Shown piece after piece: positions 1 to 12,120 of a stretch of DNA of 64,000 bases. The notes below the pieces were generated by a model, which saw nothing but the letters and a program-made list of their open reading frames with translations, ran no database searches and had not been told where the DNA came from. Both the position numbers and the translations under genes were made by a program. This stretch comes from Eledone cirrhosa (taxonomy: Eukaryota): contig OZ024743.1 of the NCBI GenBank assembly GCA_964016885.1, positions 321,284,001 through 321,348,000 on the forward strand, given 5' to 3'. The first letter of the stretch is position 1; each line of letters starts with the position of its first letter.

Positions 1-600
1 AGTCTTTACCAAAGATTCATGACCATAGGTAATGATTGGCACAAATAGCGAAATGAAGATAGCGAGTTTGGCTTTTACACCTACATCCCTTCTTATGATG
101 ACCAGATGCTGAAGCTGGAGCATTACTGCACCAGTTCCCACAATTCTTGCATTTAATTCAGCCCCCTGCCTTCTATCACTAGTAAACATAGCCGTCAAGA
201 TACTTGAACTTCTCCACCTGCTTCAGTTAAACTCCATTCACATGTAGAGAGCACTGTGCAGGATTCCTTGAGAGGATGAGTGTCTCAGTTTTTGCAGCAA
301 TGATTTTCATTCCAGCCATGCAACACTCAGCATCAAACCTATCAACTGCCAGTTGGAGATCACCATCTCTCGAGTTAAGTGACACCATGTCATCTGCATA
401 TTCCAACTGACTGATTTTACACGTGCCACTTGTGATACCACTTCCAACAAAGTTGTGCATGTTACCTGTTCATGAAAATAATTCATTATAACCCCTGCCT
501 GTGTTATGAGTGTCAAAACGATCCTAAATGAAGTTGTATTAGTTTCAACGTATGGTTCAGGCATCTTGGAAACAAATTCATATATAGATTATCTGCCCCC
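1..600 (-). mobile_element. Degenerate RTE-clade LINE fragment (RT core and thumb)
   Basis: Minus-strand translation gives LEYADDMV...GMKIIAAKTETL, then across stops and frameshifts KQVEKFKYL...LNARI...KAKLAIF...PIITYGHES; the fragment runs off the window start. Confidence 0.8.
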
Positions 601-603
601 AAT

Positions 604-900
604 TCATCTTTGGACATCCACTTTGCCACTTTCCATGGGGGTACTAATACAGGACCTGATTAGCATATCCCTCACTTGGGAGTCATGTAACCTGTCCCAA
701 CAAGCCAAGTCAATGCTTGCACATGGTGTTAGAGAAACATTGTTGGTGTACTTCTTTATTGGTGATGAAGTCATGCACCTGATGCCAATGACTTTGCATA
801 GGATTTTGGTGTCAAAAACATGTAATTGGTTCTCTTGGCTGGTCTTCACTCTCCATATTTCACACCGATGCAGGAGTGTTGAAAGCACAATATACATAGA
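604..900 (-). mobile_element. Separate RTE-like LINE C-terminal fragment
   Basis: The ORF reads VLSTLLHRCEIW...QLHVFDTKILCKVIGI, resembling the RTE motif LLYGCETW...L..F...LR.I. It is out of order relative to the 1-600 fragment. Confidence 0.6.
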
Positions 901-989
901 TTAGGAAGAATATTGGATTATAATAATGAAATAACAGTACCTGGCCTATCCTGGTGCAGAGTTATTCTCTGTAAAGCTATAACTAGGTC

Positions 990-1870
990 CATCCAGCTTG
1001 ACATTGTAGACTTTTACCTCCTATGATGAAGACTACATTCAGGCTTTATATTTTACACAGGCTTGTCATCATTATTAATCATGATATATATGATATATAT
1101 CTAATTATTTATTTTTACAATAGCCCATTTTTTCTTAGCAGCTGAAGTAGAAGAGTTATTTGATATCTTGGTGTGGTCATAGAAGTGTTGATGTGTGTGG
1201 ACTGGCTAACATATATAGTCAGGAATTACTAAGTTTCCTATCCAAAATGTTGGTCTCTATTTGAATGTTGGTTTGGCTTTCTTCCTACATGTTGATAGCT
1301 ACATATTAGCCTCCTCTATAAAAAAGCTAATATCTTCATTCCTTACCAAGGTCTTAAGATAACATTAGAAACTAAGCTTGCCAAAGCAGGTTTCCTAAAT
1401 GCTACATTTTACTTAATAACCTGTACTCCCAAGATTTCTACAAACCAAATGGAAAACTTAAATGTATAAATAAAAAGTCCTGCCTCCCTATTAATCTTTT
1501 AGAACCTTATTTCCAATATTAGCCCAAGTTTTGCTAATCTATCTTCCTCTAAAGTCATATTTGGTAAGGTGGCCCCATACTACAATAGAGCTCTATTAGA
1601 TAGTGGTTTTAAAGACAAGATTCACTACACCACCTCCTGCCCTGACCCAAAATATTCAGGAACAGTCCCAGAAAACTCATCTGGTTTGTACTTCCTTTCT
1701 TGTTAAACATGAAGACTAACATAGGTAAGAGATTATTGGTTCTGTTAGAGAAGCATTCTCCTCCTCAACACTAGCAAAATCTTCAGCAAACATTCCAATA
1801 AAATTAACTACTACTAAGCACATAACATGATATCCTTTAACTATCTAAAAATTCACTCATCAAACAGATA
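990..1870 (+). mobile_element. Decayed Penelope-like element, RT region
   Basis: Manual translation across frameshifts gives DIVDFY, FLNATFYL, FYKPNGKLKCINKKS, NISPSFANLSSSKVIFGKVAPYYNRALLDSGF and RKLIWFVLPFLLNMKTNIGKRLL..LEKH, all matching typical PLE RT and linker motifs. Confidence 0.75.
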
Positions 1871-2103
1871 CTCTATCCCACAAGAGGTAACAAATTCATG
1901 ACTTTGTTGTAGTCATCACTTCACAACCTTAATCTCATATGTATGTCATTTCATGTATATACTTCTTGAATTGTAAGTTTGTCTTCTGTTGTAAATTTGT
2001 CTTCTGCCTTCATAATGTTTATTTTGCTCCAATTTTAGAAGAACATTTTGGTAATTCTGATACCCTGCTTTGTCTCCAACAAATGAACTGTCATTATTAT
2101 GGA

Positions 2104-2420
2104 AAGGGTGGATTGGCAGTATCGGTAAAGAGTCGGATGCCATGCTTTGACGCATAGAGTTATGGCCCTTGCCATTCTGAGTTCAAATCCCGTCGAGGTT
2201 AACTTTGCCTTTCATCCTTACGGGATCGATAAAATAAAGTACCAGTAATGCACTGGGTAGTTGCTGGCCTTGTGCCATAGAGTTACGGCTCTTTATGATC
2301 TGAGTTCAAATCACGCTGAGGTTAGCTTTGCCATTCATCCTTACAGAGTCAACAAAATAAAGTACCAGTAATGCACTGGAGTAATTGCTGGCCTTGTGCC
2401 AAAAGTAGAAACAATTGTTA
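2104..2420 (+). mobile_element. tRNA-derived SINE with internal tandem duplication of its 3' part
   Basis: A-box-like TGGCAGTATCGG and B-box GAGTTCAAATCC are present. The body (aactttgcctttcatcc...aaataaagtaccag...gctggccttgtgcc) occurs twice. Related copies lie at 3619 and 10381. Confidence 0.8.
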
Positions 2421-2655
2421 GTGGAAAGAAAGACTAGCAGAGTACCAAACTAAATGTTTTAAACTGTTCAGTTTCATCTTTTTAGGATATGAAACTGAAA
2501 AATAACCACTGGATCTGTAAGTTTCTTGTAATTCATATGATTAGTTTAATTTTTAATTGTATTCTCCACTGATCCTTTTATTGGGCACTATTCTAACAAT
2601 TACATCTTTCATATATCAACAGTAATATATTTTTTTGATTTTCTTGATTTTACAG

Positions 2656-3000
2656 ATTCTCAGTCTTACTTATATACTTATTCAAGAACATATACTGAAG
2701 ATATGAAATTCCAATTGATATCTCCTCAAGCATTTGTGAAACAAAATTCAAGTATCACCTTCAAATACCAATTGAGAGGATATATGAAAGAGTTTGCTGT
2801 ATTTAATTATAACATTTCTCAAAAGAACAAAATTTGGTCCTCAAATCACAATGATACTATAGAATTCACCACTGCTTGTATAGATTTTCCATTTTCAAAG
2901 AATATGAATCTGATCTTTCAGGTGACATCAGATGTAAGATCATACAATAAAGCATTTGCATATCTGGATGACATTGCCATCAGTAATGAAACATGTAAAT
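2656..3000 (+). CDS. Exon (phase 1-1) of a tandem MAM-domain protein gene; C-terminal part of a MAM domain
   Basis: Polypyrimidine tract plus tacag acceptor, and a gtaaga donor. The 345-nt open frame reads SQSYLYTYS...FQLISP...FKYQLRG...WS...LIFQV...AYLDDIAISNETCK, matching MAM motifs (LxSP, IAxDDI...C). Confidence 0.85.
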
Positions 3001-3618
3001 GTAAGAATCACGATATTCACACTTTCTTTTTAATTTATATTTTTCTTTTACAGATATTTTCTATTCATTTTTATATGACTACTTTGGTATGATAGTTTGT
3101 TGCAGCAATAATTTTTACATAACTAGAATCCCTATAAAATGCTAACCACTTAATTATGAAAACTCTGTATTATCTGTTGGGGGTTTGAGACAAGTAGTGC
3201 TATATGACATGGACAGAGGCACAACACAATGGTAGAATTAAGATTTGCAGTTATAATCATACAATAGTCAAATAATGTAATGAAAGCATGTGGCTTAGTG
3301 GTTAGGGAATTAGGTCGGATTATTATGTCCTTAAGCAAGACAATTTATTTCACTTTGCTCTTTCTACCAGGAGATGCAATTGGTAGATAGTATCGGAAAG
3401 ACCAATGGAAATATTGTTTCCATGGTCTGATCTGATGAGTTCCACCCCACTCAAGTGAGGTTTGGAGTACTGATGTTTGATTCCTAGGATATCAAAACCT
3501 AGAACAATATAACAGCTTATTTAATTCATAATATAATCCATTTTATACATATTATTATGAAAAGGTAGAGAGAGAGAAAAGAATTGAATCTAGTACTGGA
3601 CTGGTATTTTTTTTATCA

Positions 3619-3810
3619 AGGGCGGTGGATTGGCAGTATATGGTAGAGGGTCGGACGCCATGCTTTCCAGCATAGTTACGTCCCTTTACGATCTGAGTTC
3701 AAATCCCGCCAAGGTTGACTTTGTCTTTCATCCTTACGGAGTCGATAAAATAAAGTACCAGTAATGCACTGGTTAATTGCTAGCCTTGTGCCTAACGTAG
3801 AAACAATTAT
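3619..3810 (+). mobile_element. tRNA-derived SINE, full copy
   Basis: Same family as the 2104 copy, with B-box GAGTTCAAATCC and the conserved body and tail. Confidence 0.8.
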
Positions 3811-4145
3811 TTTGAAGAGATAAATAATATGAGCTTCCAGCTATTATTGTTTGTGTTTGCAACATATTGGTATAAATATGAACTAGCAGAGTGTTGCAAT
3901 AGAATTAGAAATGTATAAATTAAAAGCAATTCCAGCCAGAGCCCATGAATTGGATACTATCATTAGATAATTTAAATCTCAAATGGTCTAGAAAAAGCTT
4001 TCATAGGAATATGTTTGTATGTATGGATCTATAATTCCTGCTGGAGTCATAGGGGTGCTGTAATGACATAAGACATGTTTTGATCATTTTAAACCTGATG
4101 AGTGCATCCTTTCCCCAGGTCTGAGCATAACCAATTTCTTCCAGA

Positions 4146-4310
4146 AAAGGTAGAGAGAGAGAGAGAAAAGAATTGAATCTAGTACTGGACTGGTATTTTT
4201 TTTTATCAACTTCAAAATGATGAAAGGCAAAGTTGACCTCAGTGGGATTTAAACTGAGATACCTGGAATGGATGCCACAAAGCATTCTATCTGACACTCT
4301 AATCACTGAG
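4146..4310 (-). mobile_element. Diverged SINE copy
   Basis: Reverse complement of the SINE body (gatgaaaggcaaagttgacctc...ggatttaaact). Confidence 0.65.
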
Positions 4311-4858
4311 AATTTGCCACACTCATAGGAATATATTCAGTCTAATACTACATACTTATACTTAACCGTTTATATTAGTTACTAAATACTTACTAAACCT
4401 TGAAATGACTAAATACTACTGAAAACATGAAACTAAAACCTTACATATTATGTGAGATATATTTTGAATTACCAAAAAATTATTAGTAGTAAAGGAGACT
4501 AATTAAAGATCTCACAATTATGAAGAATATGGAACATTAAGGTATCCAATATTTCAGGTTTAGTAAGTTCTAATCGTAAAGTAATTTTTTTAAATGAAAT
4601 GTTAAATGTAAACTATTCCAACACTATTGTGATACGTACATAAGTATAAAACTCTTGGGTGAGCTTGACAGCAGAAGGTCTTCAGTGAAGAAGCCCCCCC
4701 CCCCTCCTCTTTCAAGTTCAATACTATAGTGATATGTACATAAATATAAAACATAGTAAGATGGGAATGGTAATCCAATAAATTGTTGAAACAATCCTAA
4801 CTCAGATTTAAAGGTTTAGTTGAGGTAAATTTCTTTTTTTAATGTGCCAGTTTATGCT

Positions 4859-5298
4859 AGTTATATTAAGGGTCATAACAAACTGTAATGTAAGTTATAT
4901 TAAGGTCCATAACAAACTGTAATGTAAGTTATATTAAGGGTCATAACAAACAGTAATGTAAGTTATATTAAGGGTCATAACAAACTGTAATGTAAGTTAT
5001 ATTAAGGGTCATAACAAACTGTCCTGTAAGTTATAGTAAGGGTCATAAAAACTGTAATGTAAGTTATATTGTCATAACAAATTGTAATGTAAGTTATATT
5101 AAGGGTCATAACAAACTGTATTGTAAGTTATATTAAGGGTCATAACAAACTTAATATAAGTTATATTAAGTGTCATAACAAACTGTAGTGTAAGTTATAT
5201 TAAAGGTCATAACAAATTGAAATGTAAATTATATTAACGGTCATAACAAACTGTAATGTAAGTTATATTAAGGGTCATAACAAACTGTAGTGTAAGTT
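4859..5298. repeat. 34-bp minisatellite, about 13 copies
   Basis: Unit AGTTATATTAAGGGTCATAACAAACTGTAATGTA; successive starts at 4861 and 4895 give a 34-bp period. Confidence 0.95.
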
Positions 5299-5457
5299 AA
5301 TATTACTGTTAATGCTTTCAATAGAAATCTAATGTTAATTTAACATTTTTCGCTTCACAATTAAAATTAAAATATATTCCAAATAACCAATAAGAATTAA
5401 CATTTTGTGTTATTTCTGGTTAAAATAACAAGTGATTCTGATCATGTCTTTTAACAG

Positions 5458-5613
5458 TTGGCATTACTTATCATTTCTGCAAATTCAAAGAAGTACATTT
5501 CTGCAATTATGAAGTTGAATGTCCGAAAAATACTGACTATGAATGGCGTCGAACATCCTTCTCATATTTCTATGAAGTTCCAAGGCCTGACAATTATTTC
5601 CATAAAAATACTG
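5458..5613 (+). CDS. Exon (phase 1-1): N-terminal part of the next MAM domain
   Basis: ttttaacag acceptor and gtaagt donor. The 156 nt read GITYHFCKFKEVHFCNYEVECPKNTDYEWRRTS...PRPDNY, matching the MAM CxF...C.(W/Y)...W.R...P..D pattern, in phase with the previous exon. Confidence 0.85.
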
Positions 5614-5638
5614 GTAAGTTAGATACTACAATCTATCA

Positions 5639-6186
5639 TCTATCTATATATATATATATATAAAGCTGTGGTTGTCTGTCTGTCTATCGATTTTTGGCAC
5701 ACATCTCCTCTTAGAATCTCTGACGGAATTGCACCGAAATTGCTATACTTGTACATTGAGCCCTAGCGAAGACATCGGAAAAAAAATATTTCAAATTGAC
5801 CCACCCTATGTGACGAAATCGAATCTAATGTATCGATTTTTGAGCGTAAGTGACGAGTTATTTCCCTTTGTTCTGTTTACATTGAGCGTCTTACGTTCTT
5901 TCGAACACTAAGCTTCCGTTTTGCTTCATTTCCATTTAAAAGCCTTTTAAAACAATATTTTTACTTGAAAACAAGTCTATTTAAAGACTACGTAAAACAA
6001 GCAAATATTTCGTAAAAAAAAAGCAAAAATTATATAAGTTTATTTAAAATATATGTATCTGTAAATTTCGTTAGGCGTGCAGACAGACAGTCGTGCAGAC
6101 AGACTTTAAGCCAAAAAAGAAACTTAACATTGTAACTTTAACACAGCTACTGAGCGACCCCGAGCAACGCCGGGCTTTACTGCTAG
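5639..6186 (+). mobile_element. Non-autonomous Helitron-like element
   Basis: 5' TC start (TCTATCTATATA...TAAAGCTG), subterminal hairpin CCCG-agcaacgc-CGGG (6159-6174), 3' CTAG, and insertion between A and T. Confidence 0.75.
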
Positions 6187-6577
6187 TATATTCTACAATC
6201 TATTACATAAATATTCAATGGTAAAATTAAGATTCATTTGTCTATATCAAAATGAAACCAACAAACAGAAGAAAGTAAGATTGATCCCTTAATCAACTAG
6301 ATTGATGGGACCCAGCTGAAAATTGTTCTTCTTAAGGTGAAAACTTCTTCTTTGAGCTAAAAAGCTTGGCATGATGACAGTTTAATTGTATTAGGTTAAG
6401 GGTATAGATCCTGGTGAAATTAATAAGAAATGCCAGTTATATTCTAGTGTTGAGTGAATATCTCTAAACTCTATGAAAATTGGTCTTTTGTCAATATCAT
6501 AATTCTAAACTGAGTAATTCATAAAACTGCTTATCCTTAACTCTGTGAAATATGTTAATATACTGTATATATATATA

Positions 6578-6668
6578 TACAGTATATATTCGAATATAAG
6601 CCAAACCGTTATTTTATCATTGATCTTTTGTCACATATTTCTCGGCTAATATTCGAGTATAAAGGGTA
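6578..6668. mobile_element. Short MITE-like element (Tc1/mariner or pogo type)
   Basis: About 25-bp imperfect terminal inverted repeats (tacagtatatattcgaatataagcc ... ggctaatattcgagtataaagggta), bounded by TA. Confidence 0.55.
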
Positions 6669-6894
6669 ATTATAAATTTATTTGTTTCAAAATCTGTAAC
6701 ACAAAAAAAACAATCATTGTAAAGGATTGGATTACAAATTACAATCATGGCTGTCTATAGATTTTAGTTTAATATTATAATCAAGTTGAATCACTGCTGA
6801 TTGGATCATTAGATGAGCAGCCATTTAATGACAACAGTGATCAATATTTATATAGAAAGTGTGAATTCTAGAAATATATATCTTTATATGTTTT

Positions 6895-7580
6895 ATATTT
6901 TGGCTTGGTTTTTCTGGTTGGATGTTTTTCCTAACACCAACCACTTGCTGAAGTGTACTGGGTATAGTTTAACATGGCACAGCAATATCCCTTTGTAAAG
7001 TTGTATAGATTGAATTTTGCGGTGGCACAGGACTTGAAAAGTTGTCATATACTTTGCAAGACAGAATAGTCCTATATTGCCACTATTTGACAGTCAACTA
7101 TTATACAGAGTTTACTTGATGCATCAATACTAGAAATGTTGTCAAGTCCTCAAGTATTCTCTTTCCCCTACTTTGCCTTAGTTCATTTGACAACCACTTT
7201 ACAGGAGGCACTGAGTGAATTCCATTATGACATCAGCAATAGAGATATTTTCTGATCCACGCCAGGCTAAAGAACCTTTCAACTCCATGTAGTCTATGAC
7301 CTCTCACTACATTTATTTTCAGAATCACAGTGCTTGTACTTAACAGTATCTCTTATTTTAGCATGATGAGTTACCTCTCAAGATGAGATTCAGTTTCTTG
7401 ATGTCATTCTTCTCAATTTTGTCCATCTCTTCCAATGTCTCCCTCTTCCATGGGTTTTGGCTACTTCAAGTGCTCAACACTACAGTCACACACTCAAGGA
7501 AGGCCCATTTATATGGGTCATTCTTGCCTCTCTCACCCACCTTTAAACAAACTGTCTAGAAAGCAGCACTTCCTTCTCCA
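6895..7580 (-). mobile_element. Old, decayed RTE-type 3' tail
   Basis: Contains ggatgtttttcctaacaccaaccac, the reverse of the tail motif seen at 20-22 kb. The rest is too decayed to align by eye. Confidence 0.4.
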
Positions 7581-7599
7581 CCATGATTTTCTATTTCAA

Positions 7600-9530
7600 G
7601 TAAAACCTGAAAAAGTTAATGAGAGCATTGCAGAAGAGGAAAGTGCCCATCTTCAAACCTTAATAATAATATGAAAGCTGAGTTACCCAGTATAAACAAA
7701 ATTGCATATTTGACAACAGCCAGAAGATGTTATTTGAACAGCTAGAATGGAGAGAGAGAGGAAAAGATGCTATTTCTCAAGCTGAACAAACCAACACATC
7801 TTGGAGAAGGATTTTGAAGTAGGATGCTAAACATAATAGTCAGGCAGAGTGGATTGAGACTGTTAAAAAGTAGATTAATGAACAAGCACACCAACAAGCT
7901 GACTTGAGTATCTCAGTTGAACCCCTTTATGAACAGGACAATAAATTAACCAACTGGAAATCAACAGGTCCAGATGGTGGACTAAGTATATAACATCTCT
8001 CCACCCCAAACTGGCAACCATATTTAGTGGTTGTTTGGTGTTGGATGAAGTACCACAGTAGTTGACAAAAGGTGCCATGGTTCTAATAAGGAAAGACCAA
8101 GACAAGCCAAAGGAAATGACGTTAGTAATTATAGACCTATCACATGTCTGTCCATAATGTGGAAATTGCAAACAAGCATTCTGTCTGAGGAAATCTACCA
8201 CCACATCAACACAAACAACTTATTGTCAGAGGAGCAGAACAGATGCTGAAAGAAGTCCCGTGGTACAAAAGACCAGTTACTTATTGACAAGATGATAATC
8301 ATGAACTGCAAAAGGAAGCATACAGGTCTTGCCATGGGATGGATAGATTACATGAAGACATTTTACATAGTTCCTCATTCTGGAATAGCCAAGTGCCTAG
8401 AAATCTTCAAGGTTGTGGACTGCTATTAAGTAATAGCTTGAAGACAGGTAATATCGGGGGAGAATCCTTGGAAAAGGGGTATCTTCCAAGGAGATAGTCG
8501 ATCTCCTTTATTGTTTATCCTTACCCTCATACCCTTGTCCCTCATATTGTGAAGGGTGAAGGCAGGATACAAATTGGGAAGAGGAGAGCTTACCATCAAC
8601 TACCTCCTCTTCACGGATGACCTAAAACTCTTCTGAAAGAATCAGATGTACTTGTTAACACTGTTCATATTTTCAGCAATGATATATGTATGGCATTTAA
8701 TGTTAATAAGTGTGGAGCCATAGTGATGAGGAGATGTAAATTGAAGAGAAGCAAAAGAATCAAGATACTAAGGAGTGAGGTGTAAAAGGAGATCAACACC
8801 AAAGAAGGATATAGGTATTTGAGTGTTGTGGAAGCAGATAATACCAAAGACAATAATATGAAGGTGATGATGAGATCTGAATACATAAGGAGAGTAAGGA
8901 ACATACTAAAATACAACTGAATAGTAGGAATGCCATAAGTGCAATGAATTCCTGAGCTGTGTTTATAATTCAGTAGAGTGCCAGGAATTTTTAAATGTAA
9001 TGTAATGGGCAAAAAGAATTAGATAGATAGAAAGACAATGAAATTAATGACTACCTACAGTACGTTTCATAAGAAGGGTGGTTTTGATAGACTGTACTTA
9101 AAGAGATCTCAAGGCGGGAAAGGTATTATCAGCATGGGGAACTATGTTCAGATGGAGAAGAGCTGTTTACATAAATACGTCGCTGAGAGTAACAATCGAA
9201 TGCTTAAGGCTGTATTGAAGGAGGCGTTAATAGACATGGAGATATCCAAGAAAGAAGTAATGAGAAAGAGGAAGAACAACCTGAATGTAAAAGTCTTTCA
9301 TAGTATCTTCTTGAAGGAAACAGAATTCAGAAATCTGCAGACATGTGGCTGGGTAAAGAAAGGGTCCCTTAGAAAGCTACAAAGGGAATGCTACTGGCTG
9401 CACAGGAGCAAGCTCTTAGAACAGAGTAGATGAAACATCATATTGACAAGGAGGAAGCTAGCCCACTCTGTAGAATCTGTGGAGAGAGAGGAAACTATGG
9501 CTCACATCATATATAAGTGTAACTTGTCCC
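7600..9530 (+). mobile_element. Degenerate R4/Dong-clade non-LTR retrotransposon (RT and Zn-knuckle)
   Basis: Motifs read across frameshifts: [74 protein letters not shown], and CRICG...H....C. Confidence 0.85.
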
Positions 9531-9905
9531 TTTGACATAAGAAAAGGAGAAAGAAAATATTAACCAGTACTAGGATCTAAATTGGGAACTGAAAAGTATT
9601 TGGGACTGTCATGAGATCAAGGTCATTCCCATCAGAAGATTGTCCAAGGCTGGCTAAAACTTAGCCCAGCCCCTGCTTTTGGAATGTCAGACATGTTTTG
9701 TGGCATATCGTACCAGCATTTATAGTTCCAGCATATATTGATATAGATGGGAGAAGGAGGATTGAGAACAATATTGTAATTTGTTTTCACAATGAACCCC
9801 TTCTTTATTTTTTGTCTTTGTGACAATGACAAAACTAGTATGGAAGAAACATTTTGATGGTGTCTTTGTATTTTATTCATAATATTCTCCTTTTTCTTTT
9901 TTCAG

Positions 9906-10042
9906 AATATTTTATGTTCGCAAATTCTGAAAATGGCAGAACTAGTGATAAGACACATCTCATATTTAGAAATGTTTTACCTCCTGCAGGACATAGTTTC
10001 TACTTTTCTTATTTTATTCATGAAAATGGTGGTAAACTGCAG
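9906..10042 (+). CDS. Exon (phase 1-0): middle of the MAM domain
   Basis: Long polypyrimidine tract plus ttcag acceptor, and a CAG|gtatag donor. Reads YFMFANSENGRTSDKTHL...FYFSYFIHENGGKLQ, matching the MAM YMY...A.L...F.Y...G.L pattern. Confidence 0.85.
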
Positions 10043-10380
10043 GTATAGTTAAATACTTTTCATTTTATGAACATATTTACATTCAAACTGATTTGTGAGG
10101 GTATGATTGGATGATAAAGCCCAAAACCAGCCATGATATCAATAGTACATGTGTTATCATTGGCAATGTCTTCTGGGTGCAAGCAAGATAATTAACGCTC
10201 ACGTTATTGAGTTTAATGAATTTGAAGATCTTATTGAATAAGTTCTGACATATTTGTCTCCAAGCAGTATGTCTATGGCAAATCATTCCAATTGAACACA
10301 TTTTTACTGCATCACTCTATTATGTGTTCCAGCAAACAGACTGAGACTATGCTGGGGCACAACCATTATTATATTTAACT

Positions 10381-10570
10381 AAGGGCAGTGAATTGGCAGT
10401 ATTGGTAGAGGGTCGAACACCATGCTTTCCAGCATAGTTACGTCCCTTTACGGTCTGAGTTCAAATCCCGTCGAGGTTAACTTTGCCTTTCATCCTTACA
10501 GGGTCGATAAAATAAGTACCAGTAACGTACTGAGTAATTGCTGGCCTTGTGCCAAAAGTAGAAACAATTA
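10381..10570 (+). mobile_element. tRNA-derived SINE, full copy
   Basis: Same family as the 2104 and 3619 copies. Confidence 0.8.
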
Positions 10571-11089
10571 TTATTTTTAACTTTAATTAAAAATAGGTTT
10601 TACATTGCTATGGTCTAAATTTAAGAACTTCAACTCAGGCCTACAAACTGGCAAAACTTACATCAATTTTATAGTGTTATGGCTGATTATATGTGTGAGC
10701 TGTTTGTTCCTGTTTTATCTGTCAATTTACAGGAGAATTAAACCATTTTAGAATTAAATAATTTTGTCACTTGGCACTGATATTATGGAAGGGATGTAAA
10801 GTATGTACTGGAATATATTTGGCAATCAGTGTATGTGAAATACAATAAAATACACCACAGGACATTTCCATGTAAGAGAGAATTTTCATTCTTGTTCTAT
10901 ATCAATTTTGGGGAATGTAATATGTTAGGTGTATTGTTTTACTTAGAAACTAATTGTCAAATCTGCTCTATTATATGAATTATTGTGGACATAGAAAAAA
11001 AAATGGGTTTAAAGAACAATATTTTTAAAGTTGAAAAATGTCCAACTTGTTTTAGACTAAAACTAAATGCAATCATATAGATAATTCAG

Positions 11090-11280
11090 ACATACATGCA
11101 CATATACATACATACATAAATGCATACATACATACATACATGATGGCTGCCCCCTCGTTATCGAGTATGGCCATTGCACGAGGAGAAAAAAAAAATTAAT
11201 AAATAAATAAAAAATAAAATAAAAATAAAAAAAAGAAATATATATATATATACATATACATATACACATACATATACATA

Positions 11281-11330
<50 letters not shown>

Positions 11331-11462
11331 TTAATAACAATAATATTAATAATAATAATAACAACAATAATAATAACGACAACAACAATAATAATATACA
11401 TATACATATATATATACACATACACGCACACACACAAGCATATCTATACACACACACACACG
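11090..11462. repeat. Compound microsatellites: (CATA)n, A-rich, (TA)n, (CA)n, (AAT/AAC)n
   Basis: Directly visible. They surround a short unique RTE 3'-end segment at about 11140-11185. Confidence 0.9.
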
Positions 11463-12102
11463 ATAGCAACTAACAACGCTGCGATAGAATGTGGCTTTTT
11501 AGCCCAGCCAATGATCTAAAATGTCTTGCACAGAGTGGGCAACCAAAACATTCATTGGGAATAGTCGGCTGTGGTTGGAGTTCGTGTACTTTTGCATGTC
11601 GTTTGAGCCCTCCTGCTGATTTACATTCTCTACCACATGTTTGGCAAGCATGATGAGTAGCATCTCCAACAGCAGCCTGGTAGTCAACCACTGGTCTTAC
11701 TTTATGACTGCGAAGATGACTTTCGAGTCCAGCTTTGCTTAGCCAGAGTCTCGCACAGACGCTGCATGTCAGCACCATAGGAGGACCCTCGTCGTCTGGA
11801 AGTGCAACAGCAATGCCCTTCCTAACATCCCGCTTTACTTTCTCGTATGCATTCGAGATGCCTCAAAGGCAACTTTGCCCTCATATACAGTCTTTCTCCA
11901 TTTATTACGATCAGCAGCAATATTTTCCCATGTATCAGCAGAGATGTTAGCGTCTTTCGGAGAGGCTTTCAAGGAATCCTTATACCTCTTTTTTGGTTTA
12001 TGTGGCGGTCGTTTTCTTTTAACCAACTCTCCATAAAAGAGTTGTTTTGGTATTCTAGAATCCTTCATCCTGGCAAGGTGACCACTCTAACGGAGTCGTT
12101 GC
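11140..12102 (-). mobile_element. 3' part of an RTE LINE: RT C-terminus, three C2H2-like fingers and 3' tail
   Basis: Reads MKDSRIPKQLFYGELVKRKRPPHKPKKRYKDSLK, then CSVC..HLRSH, CQTC..HAKVH and CPLC..H. An RTE-like terminus (atggccatactcgataacgagggggcagccatcat) runs into (TATG)n. Confidence 0.85.
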
Positions 12103-12120
12103 TTTTTTTTTTTTTTTTTT

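Noticed and set aside
3425-3500. CTGATGAG motifs (also near 4097) as hammerhead cores
   Set aside because: No properly placed GAAA or pairing stems could be identified.
11847-12120. N-terminal ~90 aa of the 566-aa ORF
   Set aside because: It is antisense read-through of the inverted LINE 3' arm and T18 filler, not real coding sequence.
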